A DNA stretch of 64,000 nucleotides, taken from NCBI GenBank assembly GCA_964016885.1, contig OZ024740.1:219232001-219296000 (forward strand), in the 5' to 3' direction. Within the stretch, counting starts at the first letter, position 1; every line of letters begins with the position of its first letter. Both the position numbers and the translations under genes were made by a program. This stretch comes from Eledone cirrhosa. Lineage: Eukaryota. The notes beneath the pieces are model-generated. The model ran no database searches, was not told the origin of the DNA, and worked only from the letters and a program-made list of their open reading frames with translations. Below are positions 35,866 through 51,527 of the stretch, piece by piece.

Positions 35866-37766
35866 ACACTCAAATATACAGTGTACCTAGTCTAAACCAG
35901 ATACATAACTAAGAGAACAACAGAAACTAAAGGAACTGTGGGAAACAACAAAGACATTAAATATCCAAAACAAACAATCTTTGAATATTAAGTTCAATAG
36001 CAAGTTTATTTCTAGTCTAAAACCTGGTGATCAAATTCAATAAATAATTCAGTAGTGCTAGCAGACATGTGTCAGAGTGCAAGCTTTGTGAAACCACCAA
36101 GAAGATCAACAGAAATGACACAAATGACAACATTGGATTGAAAGAAGAAGGAAAATTGGCAATAAAAACAACAAAAACAAAAAAATATTCCAAAATAGAA
36201 GATCTATGTGGTTTGACTATATTTCATTTGAAACATTTAGATGCATTTGATACCATATGCCTGACAACTGTGTTTAAATCTCTTACTGAGGAATTGTCAA
36301 ATCTTGACAACTCAGAAAACCTCAGCTATCATCCTTCTTCTGAATCTTGTTAAATTCTGTCTCAAGCTTAGAGACATATCAGACCAGAGCTTATCCTGGT
36401 TTTATTGGTATTAAGTAACTTGGAATACTTGACTAATGCCTGGATATGATGCTTTTTTATCGTAGAGTTACCCTACCACATCTCAATCTGTTGCTGGTAT
36501 TTATTTTTAGCTGAGTTGATTAATGTGTGGCATAGTCTTTTACTCTAGAACACAAAACACTGCCTGATCCTGCAATTAAAACCATGACATTACACTCTAA
36601 CCACTGGCTCAGCATCCTAACTCCTGGCTCAACACCCTAACCACTAGCGCAACACCATAACCACCAATGCAACACCCTAACCACTGAAGTTTAGCAAGGT
36701 TAAAACTGACTCAACATCATACAGTCCAGTATCTTTTCACAGATCAATTGCAGAGGGTATTTTTTAACTGTCGTCTACACACAATCAACACATATCCAGC
36801 CCTCCATGTCTATCAGCATGGGTTTAAGCCCCAATGTTTGATTATTTCAGCACTTCTGCAGCTCTCAATATTTATTTAAGATAGATACCAAACTGCCAGA
36901 AACCTCCTCTGGTTCTGCTATACAAAACTGTTTAAATTGTTTCTATTTATGTAAACTTTTGTTATATTTCAACACCATCTTTATAATAAGAAAGCTACTT
37001 ATATTACTAAATTCCTTCAAATTCTTCATTATTTTCAGAATCATAGGCTGTGTCTTTTATTAGAGATATGGTGCCAAAAGGTTAACCACAAATACCAGCC
37101 CACATCTTGTTAGAATATTCACAAGATAACATTCTTCCAAAAGGCATTTAAAAATGGCTAGCAGTGTATATAAAGGGCAGATAAGCAAAACTCAAGTCCC
37201 AGAGCAGTTATCTTAGAACAGAATTGTGAGACCTGGAATCCTACAGGGAAGCTGTGTCTGTTCTTCACTCCTCAATTTTTGTTTCCAAAGCAATGACACC
37301 TAACAATGAGCAACTCCAACTCGTGACTTTTCAGTTTTAAGTTTAAATCTTAGTTCAAAAGCAGTCTTGTTCTATTTACAAAATTTCCCTTGGTGGCCCT
37401 GCCATTGAGTTATTGCAATATTAAATCAACAGTCTGGTTTAACCATTTTGATACCAATTTACCTGAGACTAATCCTGGTTCTGTGATACAAATCCACTCA
37501 TTTTTGAAAATGCTTATTTTAAACTAAAGCCTTCCACCATTGTTTTATTTAAGAAACATTTAATAATTTATGTTGCAAGTGCCAGCTTAATAATGGAAAA
37601 TTAGTTATTTTATTAAATACCGCCAATTGTGAAGATGTATGGCCTAGTAGTTAGAATGATTGTAAGGTTGTTGGTTCAATTCTCAGACATGGCAATGTTT
37701 TGTGAGTTAACCTTGCAATGGACTAGCATTTCACTTAGAGAAGTTTTATGCTCTCAGTTACTTCAT

Positions 37767-37987
37767 CCTTTAGCATTTACATTACTCCATATAGACTATT
37801 GTATTTTTGCGGAAAAGGCTTTATTACATAATTATCTCACATAATATTGAATCTATGAGATTTTGATATCATTTATTTTGAGAACAATAACTTAATGTTG
37901 GATGAACAGCCGGTTATGGCCGATTTCAACAGAAAGAGGTGAGAGAATTCTGGTCGGCTATGGCCAGTTGAAATACTAAAGGGTTAA
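37767..37987. mobile_element. 215-bp piggyBac-like MITE
   Basis: CCTTTAGCATTTAC...CTAAAGGGTTAA. Confidence 0.75.
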
Positions 37988-38425
37988 CACATGAAACTGG
38001 GATAAGGTCTGGCATGATGAGCCTCTAGGTTCAAGAAACCAAATTATCTTTAAAAACTAAATCCCTCCATATTCTTGATTATTTTCAGAATTAATTGAAA
38101 AATATATGTGACATGAATTATTACAGATATGGTAATTGAACATTCCTGATTTAACTTGATTAAGGCATAAATACATTATTTCCTTCTTGAGTAATACAGT
38201 TCAGAACTTTATAGCTGTTTATACTGACATTTACATTTTCCTTCCAGCTGTACTTTCTGTCCTAACTTACAACAAATCTATTAAATATGTTCAATGCAAA
38301 GATCAATGATCTTCTCAAGATTTCACCAGTTTCATGCTTTCACTTCTCATGTTCTACTTATATAGGAGAAAATACTATATCAAAGAAAGGCACACACACA
38401 TAATCTCTCTCTCCCTCACTCTCTC

Positions 38426-38550
<125 letters not shown>

Positions 38551-38644
38551 AATATTCAGAAACAGTTATAGAAATATAATACACATAAAGAGGCAGTGTC
38601 TCAGTATAGCCACAGTCCAATGACTGAAACCAATAAAAGGCTAA

Positions 38645-39305
38645 TAATAATAATTGTTTCTACATTTGGCACAAAGCCTGCAATTTGAAAGGAAGGAGAA
38701 AGTCGACTAAATCGACCCCAGTGTGTTACTGGTACTTTATTTTATTGACCCCATAAGGATAAAAAGCGAAGCTTACCTCAGCAGGATTTGAACTCAAAAC
38801 ATAAATGGGCATAACTAAATACTGCAAAACATTTTATCCGATGCTCTACCGATTCTACCAACCCTCTGCCCTGATAATAATAATAATGTTGATGATGATG
38901 ATGATGATGATTTCTAATCTAGACACAAGGCTGCAATTTGTGAAGAGGGAAAAGTTAAGTATATTGATCCAGTATATGATAGGTACTTTATTTTATTGAC
39001 CATAAGGATGAAAGGCAAAGCTAACCTTGGTGGGATTTGAACTCAGAACGTAAAGGGACATAACTATATGACACAAAGCATGTTGTCCAATGCTCTACCA
39101 ATCCACCATTTAATAATAATGATGATAATGTTTCTACTTTTGGCACAAGGCCAGCAATTACCCAGTGCATTACTGGGCTTTATTTTATCGACCCCCATAA
39201 GGATGAAAGGCAAAGTTAACCTGGCGGGATTTAAACTCAGAACGTAAAAGGCCATAACTCTATGCTGCAAAGCATGGTGTCTGATGCTCTACCAATACTG
39301 CCAAT
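38645..39305 (-). mobile_element. Three stacked Nin-domain SINEs
   Basis: Repeated CTGGTACTTTATTTTAT(C/T)GACCCCATAAGGATGAAAGGCAAAG...GGATTTGAACTCAG separated by (TAA)/(GAT) runs. Confidence 0.8.
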
Positions 39306-39752
39306 AAGGAACAACCCATATCCTATACAAGACATTATTGATTTAATAGCAGAGTTCAAATAGAAACATCTTCACACACAACACACTCTATACAATAAGC
39401 ATCCAATGAAATAAAACAACACAACTCACACAACATATACTCTACAAGATTTAATAACCAATAAAATAGCACAGCTCACATTATATATTAGATATACCAT
39501 ACACAACAGAACAAACATTAACATAACTCAAGATACAACAAGCTAAACTTCATGACAAAACAAGACTGATACAATACACTAACAAGAAGATTCTATACCC
39601 TTTGCCAACAGAAATAAGAACACGCAACACATCATATGGAAGGAACATAGGGGCTGACCTGCCATCCTCTAAAAACCCAAATAGGGAGAACCATGAAAAA
39701 AAAGTGCCATGAAACGGGGAGAAATGAGGCAAAATGGGAAGATTTTACATAC

Positions 39753-39935
39753 TTGTTTCTACGTTAGGCACAAGGCCAGCAATTACCCAGTGCATTACTG
39801 GTACTTTATTTTATCGACCCCATAAGGATGAAAGGCAAAGTTAACCTTGGCGGGATTTGAACTCAGAAAGGCAAGGGCCGTAACTCTATACGTCAAAGCA
39901 TGGCATCCGACCCTCTACCAATACTGCCATTCCAC
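39753..39935 (-). mobile_element. Nin-domain SINE
   Basis: Same consensus as 15930-16109, reverse orientation. Confidence 0.85.
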
Positions 39936-40074
39936 ATGAAAGCTATATCCATTTTCACAAGAGAAGACATCTCTCACCCATCCCAAAGTGGGTGGGAGAT
40001 CTCCCCCATCAGACAGGGAGAGTTGACAGGTTTGTGGAGGTGCACTCGGTAATGCAGAGAAGATTGCATGAGAC

Positions 40075-40530
40075 AGTGGAAAAGATGTGGTACTTTAAAA
40101 CGAAAATAGCCTCATTCATCATATGAGCCTTAGGTATGATAATAGAAAAAGATGTGAGAAACATTCCAGCAATATCCCAAGTGAATTATTTCTTCAGGAA
40201 ATTTGAAAAATTCAAAAATATTATTGACTAGCATTGTACATATATATTACGGAGAATCCTCACAATCTAAATATGAATTCAGAGTATCTGTAAATTAATG
40301 TGACATATCTTCAAATGTTAGCCTTCTCTACTTAATCTACATTATACTTTATATATTTCTATACTTTATGCATATTTAATACCAAGTTATATGTACTGAC
40401 ATACATTCTTTATGTAAATAATGTGCTTCTATGGCTCCCCCTATGCAACTATTTACTCACCTTCTCTTGTCACAGGTCAAAGATAATAATCGTATAAATC
40501 AAGAGATTGTATAAAACTCATGAAAGAAGG
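40075..40530 (+). mobile_element. Degraded C-terminus and 3' UTR of an RLE-type (R4/Dong-like) LINE
   Basis: EKMWYFKTKIASFII*ALGMI...LLTSIVHILRRILTI* resembles the R4/Dong C-terminal motif; ends in (TAA)n. Confidence 0.45.
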
Positions 40531-40983
40531 AATAATAATAATAATTGTTTCTACTTTAGGCACAAGGCCAGCAATTTGAAGGGGGAAGGGAAAGTCAATT
40601 AAATCGACCTCAGTGCATTACTGGTACTTTATTTTATCAACCCCATAAGGACGAAAGGCAAAGACAACCTTGGCGGGATTTGAACTCAGAACGTAAAGTG
40701 CCATAACTCTATGCTGTGAAGCAAGGTGTCCGGCACTCTACCTATACTGCCAATACACCTAATTATAATAATCTTTTCTACATTTGGCAGAAGGCCAGCA
40801 ATTTGAAGGAAAGGAGGAAAGTTGATTAAATCAACCCCAGTTCGTTACTGGTGCTTCGTTTCATCAACCGGATAAGATTGAAAGGCATGTTGACTTCAGT
40901 GGGATTTGAACTCAGAATGGAAAAAACCAGAAAAATGGCATTTTATGACACTTTATTAATTCTACCAATCCACCATCCTACTA

Positions 40984-41043
<60 letters not shown>

Positions 41044-41565
41044 TTAATGATAATTGTTTCTACTTTAGGCACAAGGCCAGCAATTACCCCAGTGCATTAC
41101 TGGTACTTTATTTTATCGACCCCGTAAGGATGAAATCAAAGTCAACCTCGGCGGGATTTGAACTCAAATGATAATAATAATTGTTTCTACTTTTGGCACA
41201 AGGCCAGCAATTACCCAGTACATTACTGGTACTTTATTTTATCGACCCCGTAAGGATGAAAGGCAAAGTCAACCGCGGCGGGATTTGAACTCAAATGATA
41301 ATAATAATTGTTTCTACCTTTGGCACAAGGCCAGCAATTACCCAGTACATTACTGGTACTTTATTTTATCGAATGATTTCTACTATGGGCACAAGGCCAG
41401 CAATTTGGGGGAGGGGAAAGTTGATTAAATCGACCCCAGTGCATTACTAGTGCTTTATTTTATCGACCCCATAAGGATGAAAGGTAAAACTAACCTTGGC
41501 GGGATTTGAACTCAGAATGTAAAAGGCCCTAACTCTATGCTGTAAAACATGGTGTCCAACACCAT
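40531..41565 (-). mobile_element. Array of about six Nin-domain SINEs, several 5'-truncated
   Basis: Units start near 40543, 41050, 41176, 41303, 41373 and 40770 with TTTCTAC..GGCACAAGGCCAGCAAT. Confidence 0.82.
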
Positions 41566-41826
41566 AATAATAATAATAATATGCCAATGATCCAGCATGA
41601 ACATAATTCAGTGACTGAAACTAACCAGTAAAAATATATAATAATAATATTCTTGCTACATTTATTGCCAAAAGGGTAGAGAGGAAATTTTAGTTGGTTC
41701 AAGGACAACTTCTTTATTGCTGGTGCCATTATAAAATGCGGCCAGTACATTCTGTAAAGTGATTGCTGATAGAAAATAGATAGGGCCTCCCGCTGTGTAG
41801 AAACCATGCCAAAATGGCATGTACAA

Positions 41827-41976
41827 GTATCTAAGTGAGATATGTGGAGTATCTAAGTGAGATGTGTGGAGTATCTAAGTGAGATGTGTGGAGTATCTAA
41901 GTGAGATGTGTGGAGTATCTAAGTGAGATGTGTGGAGTATCTAAGTGAGATGTGTGGAGTATCTAAGTGAGATGTG
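41827..41976. repeat. 22-bp tandem repeat, about 6.8 copies, inside an RTE-tail repeat
   Basis: GTATCTAAGTGAGATGTGTGGA period 22. Confidence 0.95.
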
Positions 41977-42407
41977 CTCTTTCCCTGATCCAACATTGAG
42001 GATAGTAGCTCCAATGAATTAATGACTTGGTCTGTAATAACCCATCCAACCCATGCTGGCATGGACAATTAGATATGATTATCATGATGATTATGATGAT
42101 GGTAATGACTTAATCTTTATATTATTTTATCTTTGTGAAGAAAGGTTTATATATTTTCGTGTGTTATTTCATTTGATCAGGCTATGGTTATAAGGACAAG
42201 AACATTGAAATTCTCCTAACAGGGAATAATATCACGCTGCCTATTACTGTTACTGCTGCTACTACTACTACTACCACCACCAACATCAGCACCACTAACA
42301 ATATTACTACAATCACTACTACTTCTACTACAATCACTACTACTACTAACTACAATCACCACTACTACAATCATTACTACTACTATAATTACCATCACCA
42401 CCATCAA

Positions 42408-42602
42408 CGGGCGGTGGATTGGCAGTATTGGTAGAGGGTCGGATGCCATGCTTTGCAGCATAGTTACGTCCCTTTACGGTCTGAGTTCAAATCCCGCTGA
42501 GGTTCACTTTGCCTTTCATCCTTACGGGGGTCTATAAAATAAAGTACCAGTAATGCACTGGGATAATTGCTGGCCTTGTGCCAAAAAGTAGAAACAATTA
42601 TT
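42408..42602 (+). mobile_element. Nin-domain SINE inside a (CTA/CCA)n tract
   Basis: GGCGGTGGATTGGCAG...GAGTTCAAATCC...GCCTTTCATCCTTACGGGG...AGAAACAATTATT. Confidence 0.85.
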
Positions 42603-42695
42603 ACCATCACCACCACCACCACCACCACTATTACTACAATCACCACTACTACAATTACTACTACTACTACAATCACTACTACTACTACTACTAAA

Positions 42696-42727
<32 letters not shown>

Positions 42728-42934
42728 CACCGCCACCCCACCACCACCACCACCACCATCACCACCATTACTACTACTACTACTACTACCACCACCCCGA
42801 CTACAACTGCCACCGTAGCCGCCACCACCACCACCACTACTACTACTACCACCACCACCACCACCGCCACCAAAACCACCACCACCACCACCAGCGCCAC
42901 TACTACTACTACAACTGCCACTGTAGCCGCCACC

Positions 42935-42969
<35 letters not shown>

Positions 42970-43339
42970 AATCACCACTGCTACTATTGTGTTTAAAAAG
43001 CATATTCCTTCTACTCTGCATATTCTCAGAGTCTGACTGCTTTTCTCAAAGCTAATATTTTCTTATGCACAACTACAGCTCTTTTTTTTTTACTATGTTA
43101 GTAAGTTTAGTGCATGAATAAAATAGGACTCCTACATATTTATTTATTGATTACATATCTGGTATAGAAATGTAGCAGTTTTAAACTATCAGTTTAAAAA
43201 AACTTCCAACTGTAGACCATTGATTTAAAGTTAACATTTGAAGCGATGTTTCTCATGATTGATAGTTAGTGGGTATTTTTCCTCTCATAAATTTTTAATG
43301 TAAATTTTTCCATTGGATAGTTAGCTGTCAGCATCATTG

Positions 43340-46300
43340 ACCCACCACAACCAGCATTGCCACCATGTCAACCATTACCACCACAACACCATTGCCACCA
43401 CAACGCCATTGCCACCACAACACCATTGCCACCACAACACCATTACCACCACAACACCATTGCCACCACAACACCATTGCCACCACAACACCATTGCCAC
43501 CACAACACCATTACCACCACAACACCATTGCGACCATGTCAACCATTGCCAGCATGTCAACCATTGCCACCACAACCAGCATTGCCACCATGTCAACCAT
43601 TACCACCACAACACCATTGCCACCACAACACCATTACCACCACAACACCATTGCCACCACAACACCATTGCCACCATAACACCATTGCCACCACAACACC
43701 ATTACCACCACAACACCATTGTGACCATGTCAACCATTGCCAGCATGTCAACCATTGCCACCATGTCAACCATTGCCACCACAACCAGCATTGCCACCAT
43801 GTCAACCATTACCACCACAACACCATTGCCACCACAACACCATTGCCACCACCACACCATTGCCACCACAACACCATTGCCACCACCACACCATTGCCAC
43901 CACAACACCATTGCCACCACCACACCATTGCCACCACAACACCATTGCCACCACAACACCATTGCCACCACCACACCATTGCCACCACAACACCATTACC
44001 ACCACAACACCATTGCCACCATGTCAACCATTGCCACCATGTCAACCATTGCCATCACAACACCATTGCCACCACAACACCATTGCCACCATGTCAACCA
44101 TTGCCACCATGTCAACCATTACCACCATGTCAACCATTGCCACCATGTCAACCATTACCACCACTGCCACCATTACCACCACTGCCACCATTACCACCAC
44201 TGCCACCATTACCACCACAACCACCACTACTACCACAACAGCCACCACTACTACCACAACCACCACTACTACCACAACCATCATTGCCACCACTACCACC
44301 ACTACCTCCATTACCACCACTACTGCCACACTCGCCACTACCACCACAACCACCACTACCACCACAACCACCAGATACACTACATCCACCACTACCACCA
44401 CAACCATCATTACCACCACTACCACCACTGCCACCACTACCACCACATCTTCCATTAGCACCACAGCCACCACATCCACCACTACCACCATTACCACCAC
44501 TACCACCATTACCACCACTACCACCATTACCACCACTACCACCATTCCCATCACTAACACCACTACCACCATATCCACCACTACCACCATTACCACCACA
44601 CCTGCCACTATCACCACAGCCACCACAACCATCACTACCACCACTACTACCAGAACCACCACTACCACCATTACCACCACAACCACCACTGCCACCACAT
44701 CCACCATAGCCACCACTATCATCATTACCACCACAGCCACCACTACCACCACAACCATCATTATCACTACCACCACATCCACCATTACCACCACTACCAC
44801 CACATCAACCATTACCACCACTACTACCACACCCACCACTATCACCACAACCACAATTACCACTACAACCATCATTACCACCACTACCACCACATCAACC
44901 ATTACCACCACTACTACCACATCCACCACTATCACCACAACCACCACTACCACCACATCAACCATTACCACCACTACTACCACATCCACCACTATCACCA
45001 CAACCACCATTACCACCACAACCATCATTATCACTACCACCACATCCACCATTACCACCACTATAACCACATCAACCACTATCACCACAACCACCACTAC
45101 CACCACATCCACCATTACCACCACTACAACCACATCAACCATTACCACCACTACTACCACATCCACCACTATCACCACAACCACCATTACCACCACAGCC
45201 ATCATTATCACTACCACCACATCCACCATTACCACCACTACCACCACATCAACCATTACCACCACTACTACCACATCCACCACTATCACCACAACCACCA
45301 TTACCACCACAGCCATCATTATCACTACCACCACATCCATCATTATCACTACCACCACATCCACCATTACCACCACTACCACCACATCAACTATTACCAC
45401 CACTACTACCACATCCACCACTATCACCACAACCACCACAACCATCATTATCACCACATCCACCATTACCACCACTACTACCACATCCACCATTACCACC
45501 ATTACCACCACAACCACCATTACCACCACATCCACCACTATCACCACAACCACCATTACCACCACAACCATCATTACCACCACATCCACCATTACCACCA
45601 CTACCACCACATCCACCATTACCACCATTACCATCACAGCCACCATTACCACCACTACTACCACATCCACCACTATCACCACAACCACCATTACCACCAC
45701 ATCCACCATTACCACCACTACCACCACAACCATCATTACCACCACTACCACCACATCCACCATTACCACCACTACCACTACAACCATCATTACCACCATT
45801 ACCATCACATCCACTATTACCACCACTACTACCACATCCACCACTATCACCACAACCACCATTACCACCACTACTACCACATCCACCACTATCACCACAA
45901 CCACCACTACCACTACATCCACCATTACCATCACATCCACCACATCCACCATTACCACCACTACCACTACAACCATCATTACCACCATTACCACCACATC
46001 AACCATTACCACCACTACTACCACATCCACCACTATCACCACAACCACCATTACCACTACAACCATCATTACCACCACTACCACCACATCCACCATTACC
46101 ACCACTACCACCACATCCACCATTACCACCATTACCACCACATCAACCATTACCACCACTACTACCACATCAACCACTATCACCACAACCACCATTACCA
46201 CTACAACCATCATTACCACCACTACCACCACATCAACCATTACCACCACTACTACCACATCCACCACTATCACCACAACCACCATTACCACCACAACCAT

Positions 46301-47005
46301 CATTACCACCACATCCACCATAACCACCACTACCACTACAACCATCATTACCACCACTACCACCACATCAACCATTACCACCACAACCATCATTACCACT
46401 ACTACCACCACATCAACCATTACCACCACTACTACCACATCCACCACTATCACCACAACCACCATTACCACCACAGCCATCAGTATCACTACCACCACAT
46501 CCACCATTACCACCACTACCACCACAACCACCATTACCACCACAACCATCATTACCACCACATCCACCATTACCACCACTACCACCACATCCACCATTAC
46601 CACCATTACCACCACATCAACCATTACCACCACTACTACCACATCAACCACTATCACCACAACCACCATTACCACTACAACCATCATTACCACCACTACC
46701 ACCACATCAACCATTACCACCACTACTACCACATCCACCACTATCACCACAACCACCATTACCACCACAACCATCATTACCACCACATCCACCATAACCA
46801 CCACTACCACTACAACCATCATTACCACCACTATCACCACATCAACCATTACCACCACTACTACCACATCCACCACTATGACCACAACCATCATTACCAC
46901 CACAGCCATCATTATCACTACCACCACATCCACCATTACCACCACAACCACCATTACCACCACAACCATCATTACCACCACTACCACCATTACTATAACA
47001 TCCAT
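43340..47005. repeat. Compound mini/microsatellite: ~17-bp CCATTGCCACCACAACA units, then ~2.8 kb (ACC/ACT/ATT)n
   Basis: Direct inspection; gives Thr-rich and Val/Met-rich ORFs on both strands. Confidence 0.92.
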
Positions 47006-47603
47006 CATGAGTTTCTTCTCTTCCTAATCTACTTCATAAGGACGGCTGCAAGTATGGTGGTTCTCCTCTAGACTCTCCCACTCTTAGCAGCAACCAATAT
47101 TTTAGCATTGGCAGATGCACTTTGCAAGAAAGAAGCTAGGAGCCTTTGATGAGAGTTTCCATTAATTTTTACCTGGGTAGTGGTGAGCTTGACAATAGGA
47201 AGGTGAGGAAACAATGGCATGTATATGGTCCTCACCACCACCACCATTATCTCTACTACTACCATCATTATCATTTAAATAAAGAATGCAAAAAGGAAAG
47301 AAACAAAATAATACTGTCTTATTTTCCATTGGGAAAAGATATAATTTGTTGTGATGGTTAGTGAAATTTACTGGAACAAAAATCAATGAAAAATTACCTT
47401 AACCTCTCACTAAAATCATTAGTTGCCAACAGGCTGTCTGTCATTAGATTTTTACTTCACAAGACTTTGTTAGCCAAGACGTCTTCTAGTGAATTAGTTG
47501 AAAAGTAAGTTAAATATTTGTGTTGATCCACAACAGTTTCAAATCATTTTGAAGACAGTCAAGAATTTTTAGGGATTTAGTAAGGCAACTAATTTTCTCA
47601 TTA

Positions 47604-47826
47604 TTAACCCTTTAGCATTTACATTACTCTAGTTACTATTATATTTTCACAGTAAAGGTATTACCTCACATAATTATCTCACATAATATCGAATCTATGA
47701 GATTTTGATATTATTTATTTTGAGAACAACACCTTAACACAAGTATGATAGGCCAGTTACAACTAGTTTGAGCAGAAAGAGGTGAGAGAATTTGGACCGG
47801 ATATGGCCAGTTTAAATGCTAAAGGG
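47604..47826. mobile_element. 215-bp piggyBac-like MITE
   Basis: TTAACCCTTTAGCATTTAC...AAATGCTAAAGGG. Confidence 0.78.
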
Positions 47827-48401
47827 TGGTGTTTGGAACATAATTTAACAAAGGTTCTTACATAAAATTATGATAGGAGACTTTTAGATAAACATAAAGT
47901 GGTAAGAAACTCTTATTAGAGATGAACAGCAGAAGGTCTTCAGAGAAGAAACCTCCATCAAGCAAGTGTTTTGGCTCTTGACTCATAAAATTATAATGGA
48001 AGTCTTTTAGATATCTATCTATTTATAAACACTTTAAAACAAACACTTTTGTATCATAAAACCAAGGATAGTTTCAGGCAGTTTGGTATGAAGAGGGTTA
48101 AATATGTTTCTTAAATGACATTTCTAACTTCACATGGCTCAGGTAATACAGTTCCTGAAAAAAATGTTGTGGTTCCAAAACTTATTTTGGCACAGAACCA
48201 TTATACAATTTTTTCAAGATTTGTGGAACCCCTACTTATATTCTACTTCACCAACTTAATAAGACATTAAATGATACAAAAATTGTTTTGGAGCGAGGAT
48301 TAATTCATATACCCCCCCACACACAATAATACCACTGATGGCCATTTCAATATCAACCCACCAAAAACCAACTCCTGTTCTACAAAATAATTTTACCTTT
48401 G

Positions 48402-48963
48402 TTAACCCTTTAGCATTTACATTACTCTATATCTACTATTGTATTTTCATAGTAAACACTTTATCACACATAATTATCTCACATACTATTGAATCTATGA
48501 GATTTTAATATAATTTATTTTGAGAACAATATCTTAATGTCAGTATGAGCAGCCGGTTTGAACAGAAAGAGGTGAGAGAATTCTAGCCGGATATGGCTGG
48601 TTTAAATGCTAAAGGGTTAAATTATGTTACATATATCTTAATAGTTAATAACTTTAGTAAATCACCCCAAATTTTTCAATAACTAATTTAAATACAATGT
48701 ATTTTATTAGAAATATGGTAATGAAAAGGTTAAATTGCATTAACCCTTTAGCATTTAAATTGGCCATATACGGCCAGAATTCTCTCATCTTTTTCTGTTC
48801 AAACCAGCTGTAACTGGCCCCTCATACTGATGTTAAGGTATTGTTCTCAAAATAAAAACATCAAAATTTCGTAGATATGATATTGTGAGATAATTATGAA
48901 GTAAAGTCTTTACCATGAAAATATAATAGTAAATATAGAATAATGTTAATGCTAAGGGGTTAA
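48402..48963. mobile_element. Two 215-bp piggyBac-like MITEs in opposite orientation (48402-48620, 48740-48963)
   Basis: Both bounded by TTAA; internal sequences are reverse complements. Confidence 0.82.
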
Positions 48964-50929
48964 ACAAAACCTTATTTCACAGAGCCCCAGAATTTTTTCA
49001 TAGGTCCTTTGGGTTCTTTACAATCCACTTTGAGAATCCCTGCTCTGATGCGTTTTTTATTCTCAGATCACACCACTCTTTATTTTCACCACTTGCACAC
49101 TATCTGTGACAGGTCCTCTCCTCCCTCATATGTTTTCTCTAGTTATTTCAACAATATGAAGTGATAGTCAGTAATTTATTTCTCTGTTACAACCATTAAA
49201 AAAAACATTGTAAGAATAATAACCTCTTATTGACTTTCCTCAAGGTGATATTGATAAGATGAACAAGCTAAAATAAGGTTTCATGTAAAGTTTAAACTAT
49301 GGCAATGTCTATTTTTGAATGTCTATAGCCTCTCAGTAGCACTTCAGGTTATTTCTGTTCTAGAATTAGAATTCAATTTACATTGACTTCATTAAATACA
49401 ATACCCTTACAGGATTAAAACCCATTGTAGGGCTTCAAATAGCACTTTTCTAAACAAAAAAGAAGGAAAAAGGTAATAAATTTTTGACAAGGTAGTTTTC
49501 TTGCCAAAAAAACCAGTTTGGAATTGCATATAGGAAAGTGAAAATTTCAATGTGTTCGAAGATTGCCATTATTGACATGAAGTTAGGATTGAATGTATTG
49601 TTTGGTCAGGCTCTACTTTCTGCTCTACAATGCAATATATATAATTACAGAGGTAATGATCATATCTTGCAAACATCCAGCTGTAATTCATATGTTCAGT
49701 TTTGAGGCTGAAAGCAGTGAATGATAATTATATAATAACACAGAGTACAAGAGAAGAATAATCAGATAATTCTGAGGAAGTAAAGTTTTGTTTGTTTCTT
49801 TTGTCCCCCTCTCCTTATTGGAAATGAAGTTATTATGTGAAAAGAATTCACTACAGTGTAGTTTGAATGTTATAATCCAAACATTCAAACTTGTTTTATT
49901 GATGTAATACTTGTAGCTCTTCATTTCTTTGTTGATTATGAATTCCTCATTAAATCCAAATGCAAACATGTTCTGGTTTTTATTGACAAAGGCTACCATT
50001 AGCAATAAATGTTGCATTGATAAATAAAAAGTATTGATTAGTTTTTCCATTAGTCTATTACATGATGACTTTTTGAATTGTGAAGTAAAACCCAACTGAT
50101 AAAACAAGTGTTTGTTTGGGAAATGCCAACATAGGCCTCAAGGGACTGTCATATTTAATGTCCCTCATCAAATCTAATGTCTTTGCACAATAAGTACCCT
50201 TTTAAAGGTCACTAATAATCATATGTACATTTTGCAAATCTATTTGAAAATTTTGAAAGGTCAGTCAGCTTAATTCCTTTTTTAAACAACATATATATAT
50301 GTTATATTAGTTAAATGTTGATGGTCAGCCTTCAACAAGATTAAAAGCCAAAGATAACTGGACCTCTGTCGGTTTCAACGATGAGTGTTCCAGTTGTTTG
50401 GTCAATAGAACAGTCTATTCATGAAATTAATATGTAAGTGGCTGAGTATTCCATAGACACATATACTCTTAATATAATTCTCAGTGAGAGATTCAGTGCG
50501 ATAGAGTCTAGCCCTTTGAATTACAGATACAGTTCATCTGATGGGTGTTCTCTACCAACTCAATTTCTCTCACAAGTCTTAGGGGAACCTAAAGCTTCAC
50601 CAAAAGACATTTCACCAAAATACCACATGGTGGAACTTTAATCAGAACCTTATAATCATGAAACAAATTTCTTAACCACTCAGCCATGCTGTATCCTCTC
50701 AACATCATTATTTGTATCATGCATCACAAGAATCTCCCCTCCCTCATTATACTCATTCTTCTACAATGTTCTCAGTCCACATAGGTCTTACAGTAAATTT
50801 CATTAAGACTTTCACATAAGTTGATTTATATAAAATAACACACGTTCTTATGAGAATTTAAATTCTCAACAAATAAACTTTGTTCCCTGTTTTTATAAGT
50901 ATTTGAATATATTGAAGTTGTATTAGCTA

Positions 50930-51104
50930 CTAGACCACCCGTGATCCGTTGGGTTATATTCACTTCAAAATATAAAAAAAAAATGATGTTCACTTAAAAA
51001 TAATTTTAAAATATACACAGACATGTATATAATGTGAAATGAAACTGGAAGGCCCCATATATATATGTGTGTGTGTGTATGTATCGATATAAATGTGTAT
51101 GTTT

Positions 51105-51142
<38 letters not shown>

Positions 51143-51182
51143 ATATATGTGGGTGTCTGTGATCTATATACACTGGTCATAG

Positions 51183-51221
<39 letters not shown>

Positions 51222-51527
51222 CACACAACACCACCAGCTCTCTCACTTCCATTCTTCTTCTCTGTCTCCTCTCCCTCTCTCTATGTCTCTCTTTCAATCT
51301 ACTCTCTCACAACCACTATCTCTTTCTCTCTGTTTATGAAGGTGCCCAAAAAAACACCATACCTCGGGAACCCGTGCTTCGATTTATGTGAAACTTGTTT
51401 TATTCCATTTGTACTCCTATTTCAGGTCCAACTTCCTATCAAAGTATTTTCCCATTATGCACCCTTTTGGCTGTATTACATTACAGACAAGCAAGCAAGC
51501 AATCACAGACTTTTAGTATTATATAGA
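50930..51527 (-). mobile_element. Non-autonomous Helitron
   Basis: Minus strand A|TCTATATAATACTAAAAG...CCCAACGGATCACGGG-TGGT-CTAG|T, canonical A/T insertion and termini. Confidence 0.65.

Noticed and set aside
41827-41976. CRISPR or iteron-like 22-bp repeats
   Set aside because: Spacer-less minisatellite inside a degraded retroelement tail.
43737-47027. 1096-aa Thr-rich mucin-like ORF and antisense 988-aa Val/Met ORF
   Set aside because: Both arise from (ACC/ACT/ATT)n repeats that rarely produce stops; no signal peptide, unique domain or clear splice context. It cannot be fully excluded without RNA data.
49688-50107. 139-aa minus-strand ORF
   Set aside because: AT-rich, no recognisable motifs; compatible with chance.
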